This document shows, piece after piece, positions 13,130 to 27,600 of a DNA stretch of 64,000 nt. The translations under genes and the position numbers were made by a program. Below the pieces are notes generated by a model. It was not told the origin of the DNA. It saw only the letters and a list, made by a program, of their open reading frames with translations, and did not search any database. Within the stretch, counting starts at the first letter, position 1, and every line of letters starts with the position of its first letter. The DNA lies in assembly GCA_015680685.1 (NCBI GenBank), contig MNCI01000673.1, positions 434,253 to 498,252 of the forward strand. Direction: 5' to 3'. The stretch is from Gnetum montanum. Lineage: Eukaryota > Plantae > Gnetophyta.

Positions 13130-16100
13130 TATCCCTCACAACTAAGTTGAGAGGAGAAGACTCACAAAATAGAGCATGCTTACACGGTTGTTGATCTGTT
13201 AGTGCTACTAGTTCCTCTAGGTTCAAGGAAAGGCTTCACTTGTTGGATGTTGATCAATAGTAATTTTTATAGGCTTAATTAGTGGTAAATGATCATGGCA
13301 CTAGAATAAAAAGTTATATTAATTATGTAACATCCTTCTCATAGTGTTTCGAATCTAGTATGTTGATATACATGCATGGGATTCCAATAGAAGGCCTTAT
13401 CACCATGTTAGAACTTAACACTCTTTATTTGTGCATCATGACATTGTTTGACTTGTGCCATATGTACTACATTAATAGTTAGGACTATTTGATGATTCTC
13501 AACTAGCACATTTAGTGTCATTAGACATTCTCATTATGCTAGATCAAGGTCAAGGTTAATCCAAAAATCAATTGAAAGTGCATAAAGCTCAACTTCGATT
13601 GGAAGTTTAGATAACTTTTTATACATTAAATTATAATAAGAAAATCCTATAGAAATTTTTCATGTGGATTGATAAGCCCATACTACATTGTTGAGATTGT
13701 GCTCTAGTCCTTCCTATATTTGTTCATTGTATGGGTTAGTATTTGGATTATCTCTCTATTAGTATCTTCAAATTGACTATTGGCTTGGGGTGATAGGGGG
13801 TTCTAAGTTTCAATTGCACCTTAAGAATTGCATCAGTTTCTAGAAAGTGGACCATGTAATTTAAGTCTTATTATAAAAAATAAGTGCTATTAGCACACCC
13901 AACTTTTTTACCACATTCTATTGGAAAAATCATGTTGTAGTGAAAGATGAACAATAAGTGATGGTTGTAGCTTTGGCCCACATAGTATAGTAGTCAATAG
14001 ATACAATGATGTACACCTTCCTATTGGACATGGGAGTGATGGGTTCCATGAATTCAATGTTCTAAAGGTCAAAAGGCTATAGTGGTTGAATCCAACACTA
14101 AGGCCTTTTCATTCATGATATCATTTCTCCATTCCATTGGTAGCATTCAAATGAATGAAAAAAATCGTGGATGTCCCTAAAAATGATAGGATAGAAGTAT
14201 CCTACCATAATGACATTGATGAAAATCCTTCTACCTTAATAATGAAATCCACAAAGACCTTCCTAAGTGTCATGGAGAAGCCATAATTGATCAGCATCAT
14301 GTACACATCATTGCATCAAGACATCAGTACAAATCTTGTAAAGTTTACCTTGGATTTTCATATAGTATTTAGCTTGGTGAAAAAAAATATTATTTCTTCT
14401 TGTTATTCCAATCTCTTAAGTGAGAAGATAGAAGAGAAAATCATTGTAACAGTTGGTACCCCTAGAAGTATGAACATCAAGGGATTTAGAAAAGAGGAGT
14501 TCATATTGAATTTGATTAGATAAAGACTCCTCATCCTCTTTGTCATTCCATTGCAAGAAAGATAAGTAATTAGCAACCATATTTTTAGTTTCCTTTCTAT
14601 CCACCACTGTAAGATCAAACTCCTACAAAATTTTCAGTCACTATATGACAAGAGGACTCACCATTTGCTTGTTCATCAAGAAACAAATAGCACTATAATA
14701 TGTGTGTACAAAGATTCTGTGTCCAAGCACATAGTGCATGAATATTTCTAAGTAGCACACCATCTCCATGAGCTTCTTCTTAATGGTGGTATAATATAGC
14801 TATGTACCAATAATGCTTCTACTTGTATAGTGAATATAGTATGGATGTTTTTGATCATCCAATTATGTGAGCACTGCTCCTATTGTCTAATTAGAGAAAT
14901 ACATCATAATTTGGAAAGGTTTAGAATAATATGTAGCATTATAATAGGAGATTCTATGAGATTTTCATTTAATTTATGGAATGAATTCTCTAATTCCTTG
15001 CTCTAGTTAAAGTATGGCTTTGCAATTTTAGAGAAGTTCTTAATGAAGCATTGATAGTAACTAGTGTGACCAAGGAATGATCTCATGTCTTTTAGCATTT
15101 CTACTTGTATAGTGATTCCTTGGATGAACCATAGTTTCTTTGGGTCCACCTTGATCCCTTTTTTTGAAATTTTGTGCCACAAGACTATGTCCTCTTGGAC
15201 CATCAAATGGCTTTTCTACTAATTGAGCCTTAAGTTTGTCTCCATGCAATGTTTTAACACTTGCTCCCGATGGTCAAAAGCTTGTACAAAATTGGTATCA
15301 TAAGTAAAGAAGCCATCCATGAAGACCTCCATACTACTAAAAATTTACTATTGAAAAATGCTAGGCACCAAGTGTTGGAAAGTATTAATGAAATTACGAA
15401 GGCCAAAGAAAATATTTTGGTATGCAAAAGTTCCCCAAGGACTTGTCAAGGTATTTTTTTCCTAGATTCGAGTGTTATAGATATTTCATTAGAGCCATTA
15501 TAACCATCAAAAAAATTATAGTATCCATGCCCTATAATATTATGTAGCACCTAGTCCATAAATGATAATGGAAAATAATTCATGAAAGTTGTCATGTTCA
15601 ACATCCTATAGTCTATTCAAATCATCAATTTACCATGTTTGTTTTATACAATTATGAGTGGGCTAATCCACTCCATGTCCATAATAAGATAAATTAATCT
15701 TGCCTTATGAATTTGTTCAAATTCATTCTTTACAACTTACTTTATCTTGGAATTCAACCAACTCTACAATTACTTTCATGGTTTGATGGAGGGGTCTATG
15801 TCAAAACAATGTTGTCATATCCTTAGATCAATTCTTGTTAGATCATGATATGAATAGACAAAGTTTTTTTTCCATCTATTTATCACTTTAAGTAGCTTAT
15901 TATTTTGTTCTTGAGCAAGATGGACAAGATGGACATTTATGATTACTAGCTTCCTATTATCAAGATAAGCAGATTCTAGATTTACCGATAAGGCTTTTAG
16001 TTCAAGGGGTTCCTACTTGAATTGATTTAAAATATTCAACTCTCATCAATTCATCTCAATCTATGTGTGGAAGAGTTCATTGTGAATTTTTTCAATTTCA

Positions 16101-18700
16101 TTCATGTACTTAATGTAATGATTCTTTTTATTAGTTCTATGCATATTTTTGAATTTGTCCTACTATGTGTTATTAGCCACTCGACACCTTCTTGTTTTGT
16201 GGCTATTCCATATAGGTAATTTTGAACATTGAACACCTTAGTACACTTATTTTATGATTTCATGGATATAATTTCTATGGTCCATATATTTTACATGCAA
16301 TGGAACCTTGTATCACTATATGTGATGCATGAAACTTGGTTCTTCTCTATTATTTTAAATTTATTTTCCTTGGAGATTTCCTAGGAAAGATATTGAATTC
16401 CTACCTTGGAATCTATTTTGTTGATACAAGTGCTTCTCATGCTAATAGGGAATTCCCCTATGTAATTATTTACATGTATCAACAAGAAGCCTATGGGATA
16501 AGACCACCAATAGATAATGGTCACAATGTCCTTCACTAATTTCAATGGGATAGTGACAGGTTGATTAGAAATTTCTAGTCTAATGTTGTATTTATTTAAT
16601 GGAGGTATGTTTCAACTCTTATACATTTCTTGTGAGATTAAATTCACTCTAGAACCTAACTACAATAGAGCCTTGTAAGGATCATTCCCAATGATTTGCA
16701 AAGAGATAAGGGGACTTTCAAGATCTAACCATTTTCTCAAAATCTCCTTAATCCAATTAGTAATTGCATTTGTCAACATTATGGTATCAACATTAGAGAA
16801 CATTTGTTTTGAAGGAGACTTGAGGATGATTTCAAAAATTGTGGATGTAGGGTTAGTGTCCATGGATATCTATGAGGATTTTGGTAGACTATTGGTCTTC
16901 ATGAAAATCCTCTTTTAAGGTTTAGGCTCAAAACCACTTCGATGGCTATCCAATTATGTGTTAACAGCCCTTGTGGCATTTCTTTACTATAGCTAGGGTT
17001 GAATTTTTTCCTAGATAGGTGGAGAAAGTAGTAGAAGAGTGCTATTAGATGATTTAGAGTTTATTAATGGATAGGGAGGATGATAGGTAGAGGAAGAATT
17101 AGGTCCTAGAGTATGGATTTGATGATATTTTGTAATTGAAAGGACTATGGCTTCCAAATCCACTAGGAGAAAAATGTTGCTAGATATAGTATCCATAGGG
17201 ATCTAACTACCAATAAGGATATTGTTGTCTAGGTGATAGAATCCCCCACACCTATGGGTTTTTCCATTTTTGATATTACTCCTAAGGTTGACATGGTGCT
17301 CAACTCAAATAATACTATGTTTGATGGAAAAACTTTCTTGAATTTCCTTAAGGATAAAGCAATCTCTTGGGTAGCTTCATCTTTGAAAATTTTGAATTCA
17401 AGACATACATCCCCAAATTTTATAGATATAACATCATAGGAAAACATCCATTGAGATGTTGGTACTAACATATATCACATGCATCATCATTGGTTCTAGA
17501 ATCTACAACCTCATTAGCCATGGTAACCTTAATTTCTACAATAAAACCACTTCTCTATATTTCTTCTTCTACTTCTACCTCATTTACTACTTCCCTAATT
17601 TACCCTCTCCTCTACTATTGTCAAATTAGTTTAAATCATATAAGGAGTTTTACCCACCTTGGCCCATATCTTAGAGTTTGATTCTTATATCAACAAGGTA
17701 TTTCTCTATATTGCTTCATCTAGTGGTTATTTCTCTTCCAGATCATAGTAGTAAATCTTCCTTTTATGGAGGGAGGACTCTCTATTTTATTTCTTTGTAC
17801 TCTCTTATTTCTTCAACTTCCATTTTTCTTTGGTCACTTTTTCTATTAGCCTTTGGATTTGATGGGATCTCATCATAGAAAGTTGGCCTTGGCTATAGAA
17901 TCCAAGGAGTTCTCTTATTTTGTTTTAAAGCCCATCTATGATATGGAGAAATAGCTTCCTTTGAGAGAATGCATGACCTAGGCATTGGTGTAATAGAGAG
18001 TAATGCCTACCTATGGTCACATCCAAGGAGTCATGATTCCCTTTCTTCTATCCTTGAATCTACTTCCTTAGGTTAGATACTCAACAGTACATTTGGTATT
18101 TGTCATTGAATAGTTCTAACATCATACTCCATTGACAAATGGATTCTAGTTCCAAGGACTACTATCAACTTTTTGTTTCTTTTATGAGTATGCTTGGGAA
18201 AATTTTCAACCTTTTCCCATCATTTTCAATGTTCTATGAGGCATAGGAATCATGGAAAGCTTATAAATGATGTTTTCAATATACATTATATCCCATTCGA
18301 ACTTGGGGATATTATTCATATTAAACTATTTAATCATGCTATTCTTTTAATGCCTAGTAAAACTTCTAACTACTTCTAAAACATTTAGCATGTTTCTAGT
18401 GACCAAGAATGGTTCATCTCCATCCACACTTCCATGGTAGCCCTTATGATAACCATGCCACCTATGATGAGTTCCACTATGCCTTCTTTCTCAATGATGT
18501 TCTTTCTTCTCTCTTGGTTGGTTTTCATCCCAATTCTTATCATCATGGTTGGACCTCCTATCATCACCATCTTGATCCTCACTACTAATGTCTATGTTTC
18601 TATCAAGGCTTCTCCTAGAAAAATTTGATGATGAGAAGGATGATGAAGATGAAGGATTGGAAGCATGGTGCCATCTAGTTCTTTTTTTTGTCCTTGTTCT
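13130..18700 (-). pseudogene. pol: gag-pol of E (PR, RT, RNase H, integrase remnants)
   Basis: PR KALL*LGSRVNLI (~16650); RT MVQEDIVLWHKISKKGIKVDPKK...SFLGH (ORF 15003-15206); RH/INT remnants 14940-13300; many stops and frameshifts. Confidence 0.8.
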
Positions 18701-19482
18701 AATTATTTTTTCTTATCTTTCTTCTTCTTCTAGTCATTCTCTTTATCCTTAGATGAATGACTAGAAAACTTTTCCTTTAAGGTTTATTAACATTTGAATA
18801 CTATCTTCCCTTCATGAAGGTTCTCCAAGATTGACTGCAACCATTGATGAAAGGTTTCCTTCTAAGAAAAGAAAGGAGAATCTATGTATTAAAACTCACT
18901 AAAAATGAAATCCTTGTTCTCTTTTTGTGGTTATATAAATAATTATATCATGATTCATTTGTCATTGGAGGCTTCATAATAGGCCTCCATGCATTTATCT
19001 TTTCAAATATGAGCTTCTATAGGCTAGTAGTCCCTAGATACTTGGTCCATTCTTTCATATTTAGGCCCAACTATTTCAATATCAAATCTCATGAGATTGA
19101 TCATGAGCATGGTAGGAATTGATCAATTAGGATGTAACACAATGGTACCATCCATATCTCTCCATTGTAACTACTCATCTTGAAGGAGAATAAAGGTGAG
19201 GTCTAGATAATAGTGGTACAAATATACATAGATGACTTTTATCTATTGAGGCTTCTCACTAATGATCCTTTGTGTCCTCTCCTATTGCTTATTATCTTTT
19301 CCTCATGCAGTAGACATGCTTTCCTATGACAAGAAACCATTTTAGAAATAGATGTAAGTGTGTCTTAGGATAATGTTATTGTTATTATTATTATGAGAAA
19401 GATATGTTTTGTTATATTCTTGTACAATGCTTATATATAAATTTACTAGTTAATAATAGTTAGTACACTTAGCTAAACTAAG

Positions 19483-19500
19483 TTCCCAGCAATGGTACTA
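19483..19500 (-). promoter_or_regulatory. PBS of E (decayed tRNA-Asp type)
   Basis: Minus strand TAGTACCATTGCTGGGAA resembles the Athila PBS TGGCGCCGTTGCCGGGGA with transition changes; 1 nt from LTR end TGATGAG. Confidence 0.65.
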
Positions 19501-19501
19501 A

Positions 19502-19593
19502 TGATGAGATGTAGGTATCCCCTACACTTGACTATACAAATCAAAAGAGTTCACTATTAATTTGACTGAATTCCATAGACTTAGTTACCCAAG
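19502..19593 (-). repeat. 3'-terminal 92 bp of the E 5' LTR, interrupted by element D
   Basis: Begins TGATGAG next to the PBS and is followed by a second TGATGAG that starts the D LTR. Confidence 0.6.
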
Positions 19594-21218
19594 TGATGAG
19601 TGATGGAGCAATCCCAACATCTACCATACAAGTCACAAGTGCTAGTGCATGATCAGATCATAATCTGTAGATGGAAACTGTAATTATTGTATAATTGATA
19701 TTGAGTTTATGATCATTGTCTTCCAACTTTGAGTTAGTGAAGTCTATGTATATGGTTTAAATCATAGTGAGGTGTATGTTAAGTGATGCTTTTAGGTTCA
19801 TTTTACTTCTAAGCATGAATATAATGGAAATAGAGTAAAATGCTATGTCTTAGTAATGACAAGAATGTAAGTTTATTCTATCCTATAGTGATGAGCATTT
19901 AGTCCTAGTTTACAATACATACCTTGAGCTCATGTAACTATTACTAGGTTACCAAGCATTATTCTACTAGACAAACCAAGAAATAACACTACTAGGATTA
20001 CCAAATGATTACACTTAAGCACTTGAAACTAGTTGTACTTATTCCACTTTACTAATGAACAAATAAAGTAAAGTACCTTGAAAATGTGAAGATTTGACTA
20101 TGTAAAATAAAAATTAATCTTTGTAAAATAGTAAACTAAGTGGATATTGTAATGATGAGAATCAATCTCAATATTTATTTCCAATCATAAAGAACACCCA
20201 AGTACATTTGAATAAAGATTTAGCACAACTACTAAACATCACCCTATGAGCATTCACTCTATCACTAACTGCAAAAACAAACTGTAAGAGTTTTGCTAAA
20301 GTAGGAATGGAAAAGTTGTTGATCATGCATCCAAGTGTCAATATTTATAAGGTTGCATGCATTCCAAAACGTCATATCATTGATGGCATAGCATGGATTT
20401 ACAACATTGTATCTACAACATCGTTGCTATGACATCACAATAGATGAAGATTTGACTTTATCATGTTGGCACAATAGACTAGAAACTTGTCCTTGAGTTA
20501 AAACAACATGAGGATAGTGTCCCTTACAAAATTTGGAGGTAGACTTGACCTAACATGACTTAGAATGTTGTAGTGGTGTTTTTACAAAAATGACATAGTT
20601 ACACATCAAGATAAAAAGTAAAATTTAAAGGAGCTTAATGTAGATAATGTTGTACATGGTGAAGGCTCTTCCATTGCCTAGTTTCTTTTGTCATTAGGCT
20701 TTTGAAATTAGTAGAAGCTAAGGAGCAGTTAAAGTTTCTCTTCTTTTATCCTTGGCTCATGTACCATCCATGCTTGTTGTGCAATGTTCAATGGAGTAGG
20801 TGCATGCCATTAGCATGGTAGTTGCAGAAACATCTTATTTCCTTTTATGTATCAAGATGCAAACTATCATCTCTCATTTTCAAATTCTCTAGACATCTTT
20901 CTAAGTTCCTAATAATCTAACATGCGACATGTTAGGTTTGTTGCTACATCTTTTTACCCATGGTAGCTAGCTTTGACAATTTCTAGCTTAGAGTTGGCCA
21001 GATGTAACTTTTGTAATGCATCCTTTATATCATCAAAATATTTCTCATACATAGCATAAACTACCACTACCTATTTCTCTAGCTCATTTCTTGGCCTACC
21101 TACTATTAACATGGCCATGCTCGCATATTGAAGATTCACTAACACCATATACTCTGTGAGGTCTTCTAGTTGCTTTAACATGTGCATACATTTGGGATTT
21201 TGTGACTGATGCATCCCA
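19594..21218 (-). repeat. 3' LTR of D (~1.6 kb), preceded on the minus strand by PPT 21219-21243
   Basis: Starts TGATGAGTGATGGAGCAAT, like 49335; ends ...GCATCCCA next to a purine tract (minus strand GAAAAAGGAAAATGAGAGGGTAG); right boundary inferred. Confidence 0.65.
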
Positions 21219-21437
21219 AACTACCCTCTCATTTTCCTTTTTCATCTATGTATTATGGATAATCAACTACCTCACATGAACAATTATAAATTGTTCTAGT
21301 TGGTGAGGTGATATGGACTATGTAGGTTCTTTCTTTCTAGTTCTTAGATTTTCGAACTCTACTTGTAGCCACTACAATTCATTTTTTGCATGTTTACCTT
21401 TGGTTTGTACCATTACCAACTTCCCATTTGTGGCTAT

Positions 21438-22840
21438 TGTAATGACAGAAAACATCGATCTCTAGAAATATTGAACGAAATTCCGCGTACATAGTTTTAA
21501 CCTTTGATCTGTGCGAGGACCGTGCTGGAGAGAAAACGAATCCGGGGTGCCCTGAACGGTCTTGTCGATCAAATAGGGACTTACTTGATTAGTAAAATTT
21601 TTTTGTGATATTTGGATAATAAAATGATGGATCTTTATGGGAAGATATGATATTGTTAACTTAGCAGGTAATTGAAAACGATGAAATAGATTTACGACGA
21701 TTTGCAAGATTCATATAGATGAGGCACAAGAGATCAGATTTAGAACATGGATAATCCTGAGATTTGGGATTCACCTCACGAACAAAATATATTGAATATA
21801 ACTATTGCAAGCAGCCTTTGATTTGGATGAAGCACATGCCAATAACAAAAAAATTGTTCAAAGATGAAACAAGCAAAGGTCGATCTACCTTGTTCTAGCA
21901 ATGTACAAGGGAGCCGATCCAAAGCAGAATGTCTGTCAACCTGCTATTCCTGACTGGAGATTCTTGTCAATTACCTTCGATATTTTTATGATTACTAATC
22001 CTCTTTGTTCTCTTGTGAAAAGCTATTAACGATTATCAATGGAAGGAAAAAAATCGTTCACAGAGAAAATTTGTTCAATCTTGGGAGAAATTTTTTTTGC
22101 CCAACCCTTTTTCTTTTTCTTTTTTTTGGGCTTTGTGTACTAGAGCATTTATAAGATTAGGGTAAAGAAGAAGATGTGGTTTAGATGACGTGTGTCTTGA
22201 ATTTGCAAAATGCCATTGAATTGAAGTGGTGGTTGTTGAAGCTTGTGGCGCCATACCACCTTACGCTCTAAAGTGTAACGCGGCGTAAACTGCTCTTGTC
22301 GGAGCTTTGGCAACAGGAGATTTTTTGATTATGCTACAATACGCTGGAAAGTGTATCATGTTATATGGATTGCTAATGCTTGTATTATGTCATTTCTTTC
22401 TATGCTTGTATTACACTGCACCCTGCTAAATTACGCTGCACCATGCCAAATTATGCTTCATAGCGTAATTTAGCATAAAATAGTACACTTACAAAAATCG
22501 AAGTGTTGCTGAATTTTTTGGGCATTTTCCGTACTTGATGTTGTGGTGGATTGCTTTCTGACATTACACTGCATTACACCATGTTGCGTAATATAGCATA
22601 AGATGCCAAAAAGCTAAGGTTCTCGAAACATAGAGAATTTGAAAGGTTGAAAGCTTGCCACTGTGCACCCATCATTTTGCTCTGTCTTCTGGAATTCATT
22701 TGTGCTGTGCCACACAATGTGGCAGGATAGGCTTTTAATTTGAAAAGGAACTTGCTGTACTGTGCCTTGTTGTGACCTTTTGCTTGAATCACCAGTATTT
22801 TGCTAAACCGCTAAGGCCTCGAATTTTTCACGGTGTTTCA
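21438..22840 (-). repeat. 3' LTR of B (1403 bp)
   Basis: TGTAA...GTGTTTCA; colinear with 37892-39284, differences mostly transitions (about 30 mismatches in the first 160 bp, fewer elsewhere by eye). Confidence 0.97.
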
Positions 22841-22854
22841 ATGGCCCCTCTTTG
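22841..22854 (-). promoter_or_regulatory. Polypurine tract of B
   Basis: Minus strand CAAAGAGGGGCCAT immediately before the 3' LTR. Confidence 0.8.
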
Positions 22855-24084
22855 TTGACGTTTAGAGGGCTTATCCGAAAGACGTCGACAAAGAATACGA
22901 AACACCGGAAAGGTAAAGGCATCAATAGCATCTATCGGAGACTACTCAAATGTTTTTTTGTCAAACTTAGAAGTGCAATGATGGAGGGCCATAGGGTATA
23001 GGAGGGATCTTACAGGAATTAGAGATGGTAGGTTCGGGAAAGACTCAAATACATAAACATGAAGCTTTTCTGAACAAGCCATTACGTCCTTTCACTAATG
23101 TGTTTGTGAAAGGCTATGTCGGCATACTGCATATGGGGGGGCTTGCAAGGATGAGTTGTGTTACACTCGCATGGCCTGGATGAGTTGTTTTACATCCATT
23201 TTTCCAATTGTTACCCCTTGCACTTTTTTTTGTGAAAAAGTGCAGATTGCATCCCACAAGGCAAGTTGCGTTACGCTTGTTCATGGACATGCTGATGCAA
23301 AATAATTCACTTAATGCTCACGTTCTATACAAGCAGAGATGAAGGTAAGGATAATTATAAGGATAAGGAAAGAGGAAATTAAAGTAAAGCATCTAATGGA
23401 GGGAGACGTAGGGTTTGCACTTCTAAGTAGCTAGGCTAGTCTGAACAGCCATCTTAGAATACCATAACACCCCACCTTCCAATGAAAGTGTTCTCGATCA
23501 ACACTATTGTAACAAGTAACTTGCCAAATATAACAAAAATAAGAGAGCCAGAAATAAACATCCTAATCGCTAAGGAGGGAGTCTACTAAAACAAGCATCG
23601 TCCAAAGAGACAAGGAGAGTGTAGACCATTGAAACAAGGACCGTAGCAAGGAGCAAGGATGCCAATGTTGATGCTGTGGTTCATAAAGTTGTCGTCGATA
23701 GCCAGATTCATCTTGCTTAAAGGACTATGCAAAGAACATGTCAAATGAATTTGCTAAGCTAGAATCTAGTGATGGTGATGGATGGAGGCCGCTGAGACTA
23801 TGGATGGCCATAGTTTCTTCAAGGCCCCAAGCAGCAAAGTTGATCCCAGGAGCTACAACTACGAAGTGAATATCGTAGAAACATCTCTAAGGGGTCAGTA
23901 GTATGCCTTTCAGCATGTCCAAGGAATCAGTAGGATGCCAATGGGTTAACGACGTTGTGTCTGTTCCAACGCCTTACCCACTCCATTTGGTAGGGATGCA
24001 GTGCAAGAGTGATCATGCTCATTTGCTTTATGGATTGCCTATTGACAAAATCCATTTTTGGGTGTTGGTTGACCGTTGTTGTTA

Positions 24085-24660
24085 GTTTTAAGTCTCAGCA
24101 GACCGTGGTCCCAGTTTAACGTTTGGGTAGACTGAAATCTGCTAGTTTTATGTTGTAAAGGATGGTGGAAGGGCTAGTTTATGGTCCTAGCAGACCATGT
24201 TGTGGGTATCAATTTTATGTCATGACCCAGGGACAAGTCTATGCTGGTTTAGCATCTTAGCAGACATGTGATTACCTTGCCAGTTTCACATCATGGTGGA
24301 TGGTTAGAAACTTTGCTAGTTTAGCATCTTGGCGAACGTGTGCAAAAAATGCCAATTTTACGTCGTAGCGGACATTTATAACTTTGCTAGTTTTATGTCA
24401 TAGTGGATGTTGGAAGGGCTAGTTTATGGTCCTAGCAGATCGTGCTATGGGTGTTAGTTTTATGTCATGATCTAGGGACAATTTTGTGCTAGTTTAGCAT
24501 CTTAGCAAACATGTACTTATCTTGCCAGTTTCACGTCATGGCGGACGGATAGAAACTTTGCCAGTTTAGCGTCTTGGTGAATGTGTGCAAAAAATGGCAG
24601 TTTTACGTTGTAGCGGACGTTTACATCTTTGCTAGTTTTACATCATAGTGGACATTTGTT
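24085..24660. repeat. Degenerate tandem array (~40-bp units, ~240-bp higher-order period) downstream of integrase
   Basis: Recurring GCTAGTTT/GCCAGTTT core about every 40 bp; GGAAGGGCTAGTTTATGGTCCTAGCAGA at ~24167 and ~24411. Confidence 0.85.
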
Positions 24661-24685
24661 ACCTGAGTTTGAGACAAGACAATGC

Positions 24686-27600
24686 TTAGATGTGGTACCA
24701 TTTGAGATACAGATGATTCACTAGATTTGGTAGCTTATTGCTGTCGATATTTGATAACTTGAATGCACCGTTACCGTATGCACCAATGACCAAGAAAGTG
24801 CCTTCCCAGTTCACAGAGAACTTGCCTACTGGTTCACGAATGACCTTGAGAACTAAGTCTCCCTTCTTGATTGGTCGCTGGTGTAGATTGTGCTGGTGCT
24901 TCTGTCTTTGTTTGTCCTAATATCTTTCAATGGTGTCGAGCGTTTGGATGTGCTTCCTCTCTACTGAGTTCAAATCCACGATCCTAGAATCATTATGCTG
25001 AGTCTTATTTATAACCATGGAGAGGACCATTCGCAATGAGGGAACTTGTAATTCCAAGGGCAACATTGGTTTGGATCGATCGACTAGGCTATAGGGCATC
25101 CTGTCTGTAGCTGTTTTGCAGGTTGTACGATATGACCATAGCACATAGAGGATTTTTTCATGCCACCATTTTGTATTGTTGCTGAGCATCTTCTTAAGAA
25201 AATTGATGATTACCTTGTTTGTTGCTTCTTCTTGACCATTTTCTTGCGGGTAATATGATGAAGAAAAATACTGCTTGATGCCAAGATTATCGCAAAAAGA
25301 TTTGGTTTTGGTACTACTAAATTTTGGCCTATTGTTGGTCACAATAATTATAGGAAGCCCAAATCTGGTTACAATATTGTCTAAGATGAAATGGTAAACC
25401 TTTTGAGATGTAATCTTCCATAGGGGGATAGCCTCGACCTACATCGTGAAGTATTTAGTGGTGGTGATAATGAAGCTATGTCCTGCAGAAGACTTGGGTG
25501 CGATGGGACCTATGATATGTAGTCCCCATCGTTGGAATGGCCAGGTAATCTGTGTAGTGTGCAACTCAGTTGGTGACACGTGTGTTAGATTTGCATAAAG
25601 CTGGCACGTGTCACATGTCTTAACCTCGGCAAGGTAGTCGTTTTCCATGTACGACCAATAGTACCCTAGGCATCTGATTTTAGTGGTCATTGCTCGTGGG
25701 ACTACGTGTCCTCTGCACAGCCACTCATGGACTTCGTTAACTATTCGCTGTGCTTGGTCACTGTTAACGCAGGTAAGAAATACCCCATCAAAAGAGCATC
25801 TACAGAGAGTACTATCTCCAAGGATGATGTATTGCCTGGAACTTTTACGTACTGCATCTTTTTGCACATGTGTTAGCTCATGTGGTGGTTCACCATGCAG
25901 AAGGTAAGTCTTAATGTCATCATACCATTATAGCATTCCTCCTACGTTTAATGAAGAGATTTGCACCGCTTGAATGATAGGATCTATGCATTCCATCATT
26001 AAAATGGGCCAAGTGGAAAACAAGTGTGGCTGCATGTTTAGCACCAATGTGGCCAGTGCATCGGCCACAACATTTTCATTACGCGGCACGTGTTGGGCAT
26101 CAGTTGTCACGAATTATTTCAGGAGATCATTAGCCATATCATAGTAGGGTTGTAGGTGCATAGCCTTGCAGGTGTAGACTCTTATGATTTGATTGATGAC
26201 AAGCATCGAATCACCTCGGATTACCAAGTGTTGAACGTTGAGTTCTCTGGCTGTCAACAATCCTCTGAGGAGCCCTTCATACTCTGCCATGTTATTCATA
26301 TAAGGGAAGGTTAGGCGGTAAGCCAATGGATGCACATCCTTAGGTGAAAACGTAATAATAGTGGCAGAACTACTACCTCTAGTGGTTGAAGCTCCGTCGA
26401 AGTATAACGTTGCTTTAAGGCCTATTAACATAGGGCTTAAACTGTGTACTTGTTCATCTGGGAATTCTAGCTCTATTGTAGCTTGATTGTTAATCAAAAA
26501 TGTTGCTAATTGGTTAGCTACGGCTTGGCCTTTGGTGGATGACTGGCCAACATAATGTAAATCGAATTCCACTGTGATAGCCTTCCAGTGAGCTATTCTA
26601 CTACTCTCATACAAGTTATTCAAGATAGCTCGCAGAACATTATTTTTGCAAATGATATTGACCTGACTGTGGAAGAGATAATACCTACATTTTTTAGTGC
26701 AAAAACCAATGCCAAACAGTTACACTCCACTTCATTATACGTTGTCTCGTACACAAATAGAGTGTGACTGAGGTAATAGATAGGAGCTTTGGACCCATCG
26801 TTTCTCTTTTGGCAAAGTAGCGCAGCTATAGACACATCCAAGTTTGCTAGATAGATGTAAAAAGGTTGATCCATTTATGGTAGAAAAATTGTTGGCAAAT
26901 GTTGCAGCTCTTCTTTTAAATTGTCAAATGCACATTGGCAATCATCGGTCCATTCAAAATTAACACCCTTCTTCAGGAGATGTTGCATGGGGTGTAATTT
27001 ATTTGTTAACTTTGAAATGAACCACATAATAAATTGAAGCCTACCTTGTAACCCACGTAGTTCCTTGAGGTTTGTAGGTGGCGTTAAATCAACAATGGCT
27101 TTGACCTTGTCAGGGTCAACTCGGATGCTAGTCTTTGATACCACAAACCCCAACATGCATCCGATTTTGACTCTGAATACGCATTTCTTAGGGGTTGATT
27201 CGTAAGTCATGTTTGAGACACCATTTAAGGACTAACTCTAAGTCTTCTGAATGATCTTCTAACTTTATAGATTTGACAGCTATGTTATCCACGTAGTCGT
27301 TCAATCTCCCTAAGAGGTAGTCACTAAAGATGTATGTCATGGCTCGTTGATACATTTCTCCAGCATTTTTTAGTCCAAAAGGCATCATGGTGTAACAGTA
27401 GGTTTCCCAGAGTGTCATGAATGTCGTAGTCAATTGATGTTCTGGATTAATATAAATTTGATTATAGCCTAAAAAGCCATCCATAAAGGATAGGAGTGTG
27501 TGACCAACTATTGTGTCGATCAGTTGGTCGATACTAGGTAACAGGAAATTGTCCTTAATCATAGCTTTGTTCAGATCCTAGAATTCTATGCAAATGTGTA

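Larger units (their letters stand above)
9803..19593 (-). mobile_element. Element E: highly decayed Athila-like Ty3/gypsy retrotransposon
   Basis: Order PBS, gag, PR, RT, RH, INT, spacer, ORF2 on the minus strand; Asp-type PBS; boundaries approximate. Confidence 0.8.

Noticed and set aside
23585-24055. Possible sense extra ORF after integrase ending in a hydrophobic stretch (TLASLLLATVLVSMVYTLLVSL)
   Set aside because: About 7 stops in ~155 codons is close to random expectation, and there is no second copy in the window to test conservation.
24085-24660. CRISPR-like look of short repeated cores with variable intervening sequence
   Set aside because: The intervening sequences themselves repeat with a ~240-bp period, the array lies in a retrotransposon 3' UTR of a plant genome, and there are no cas genes.
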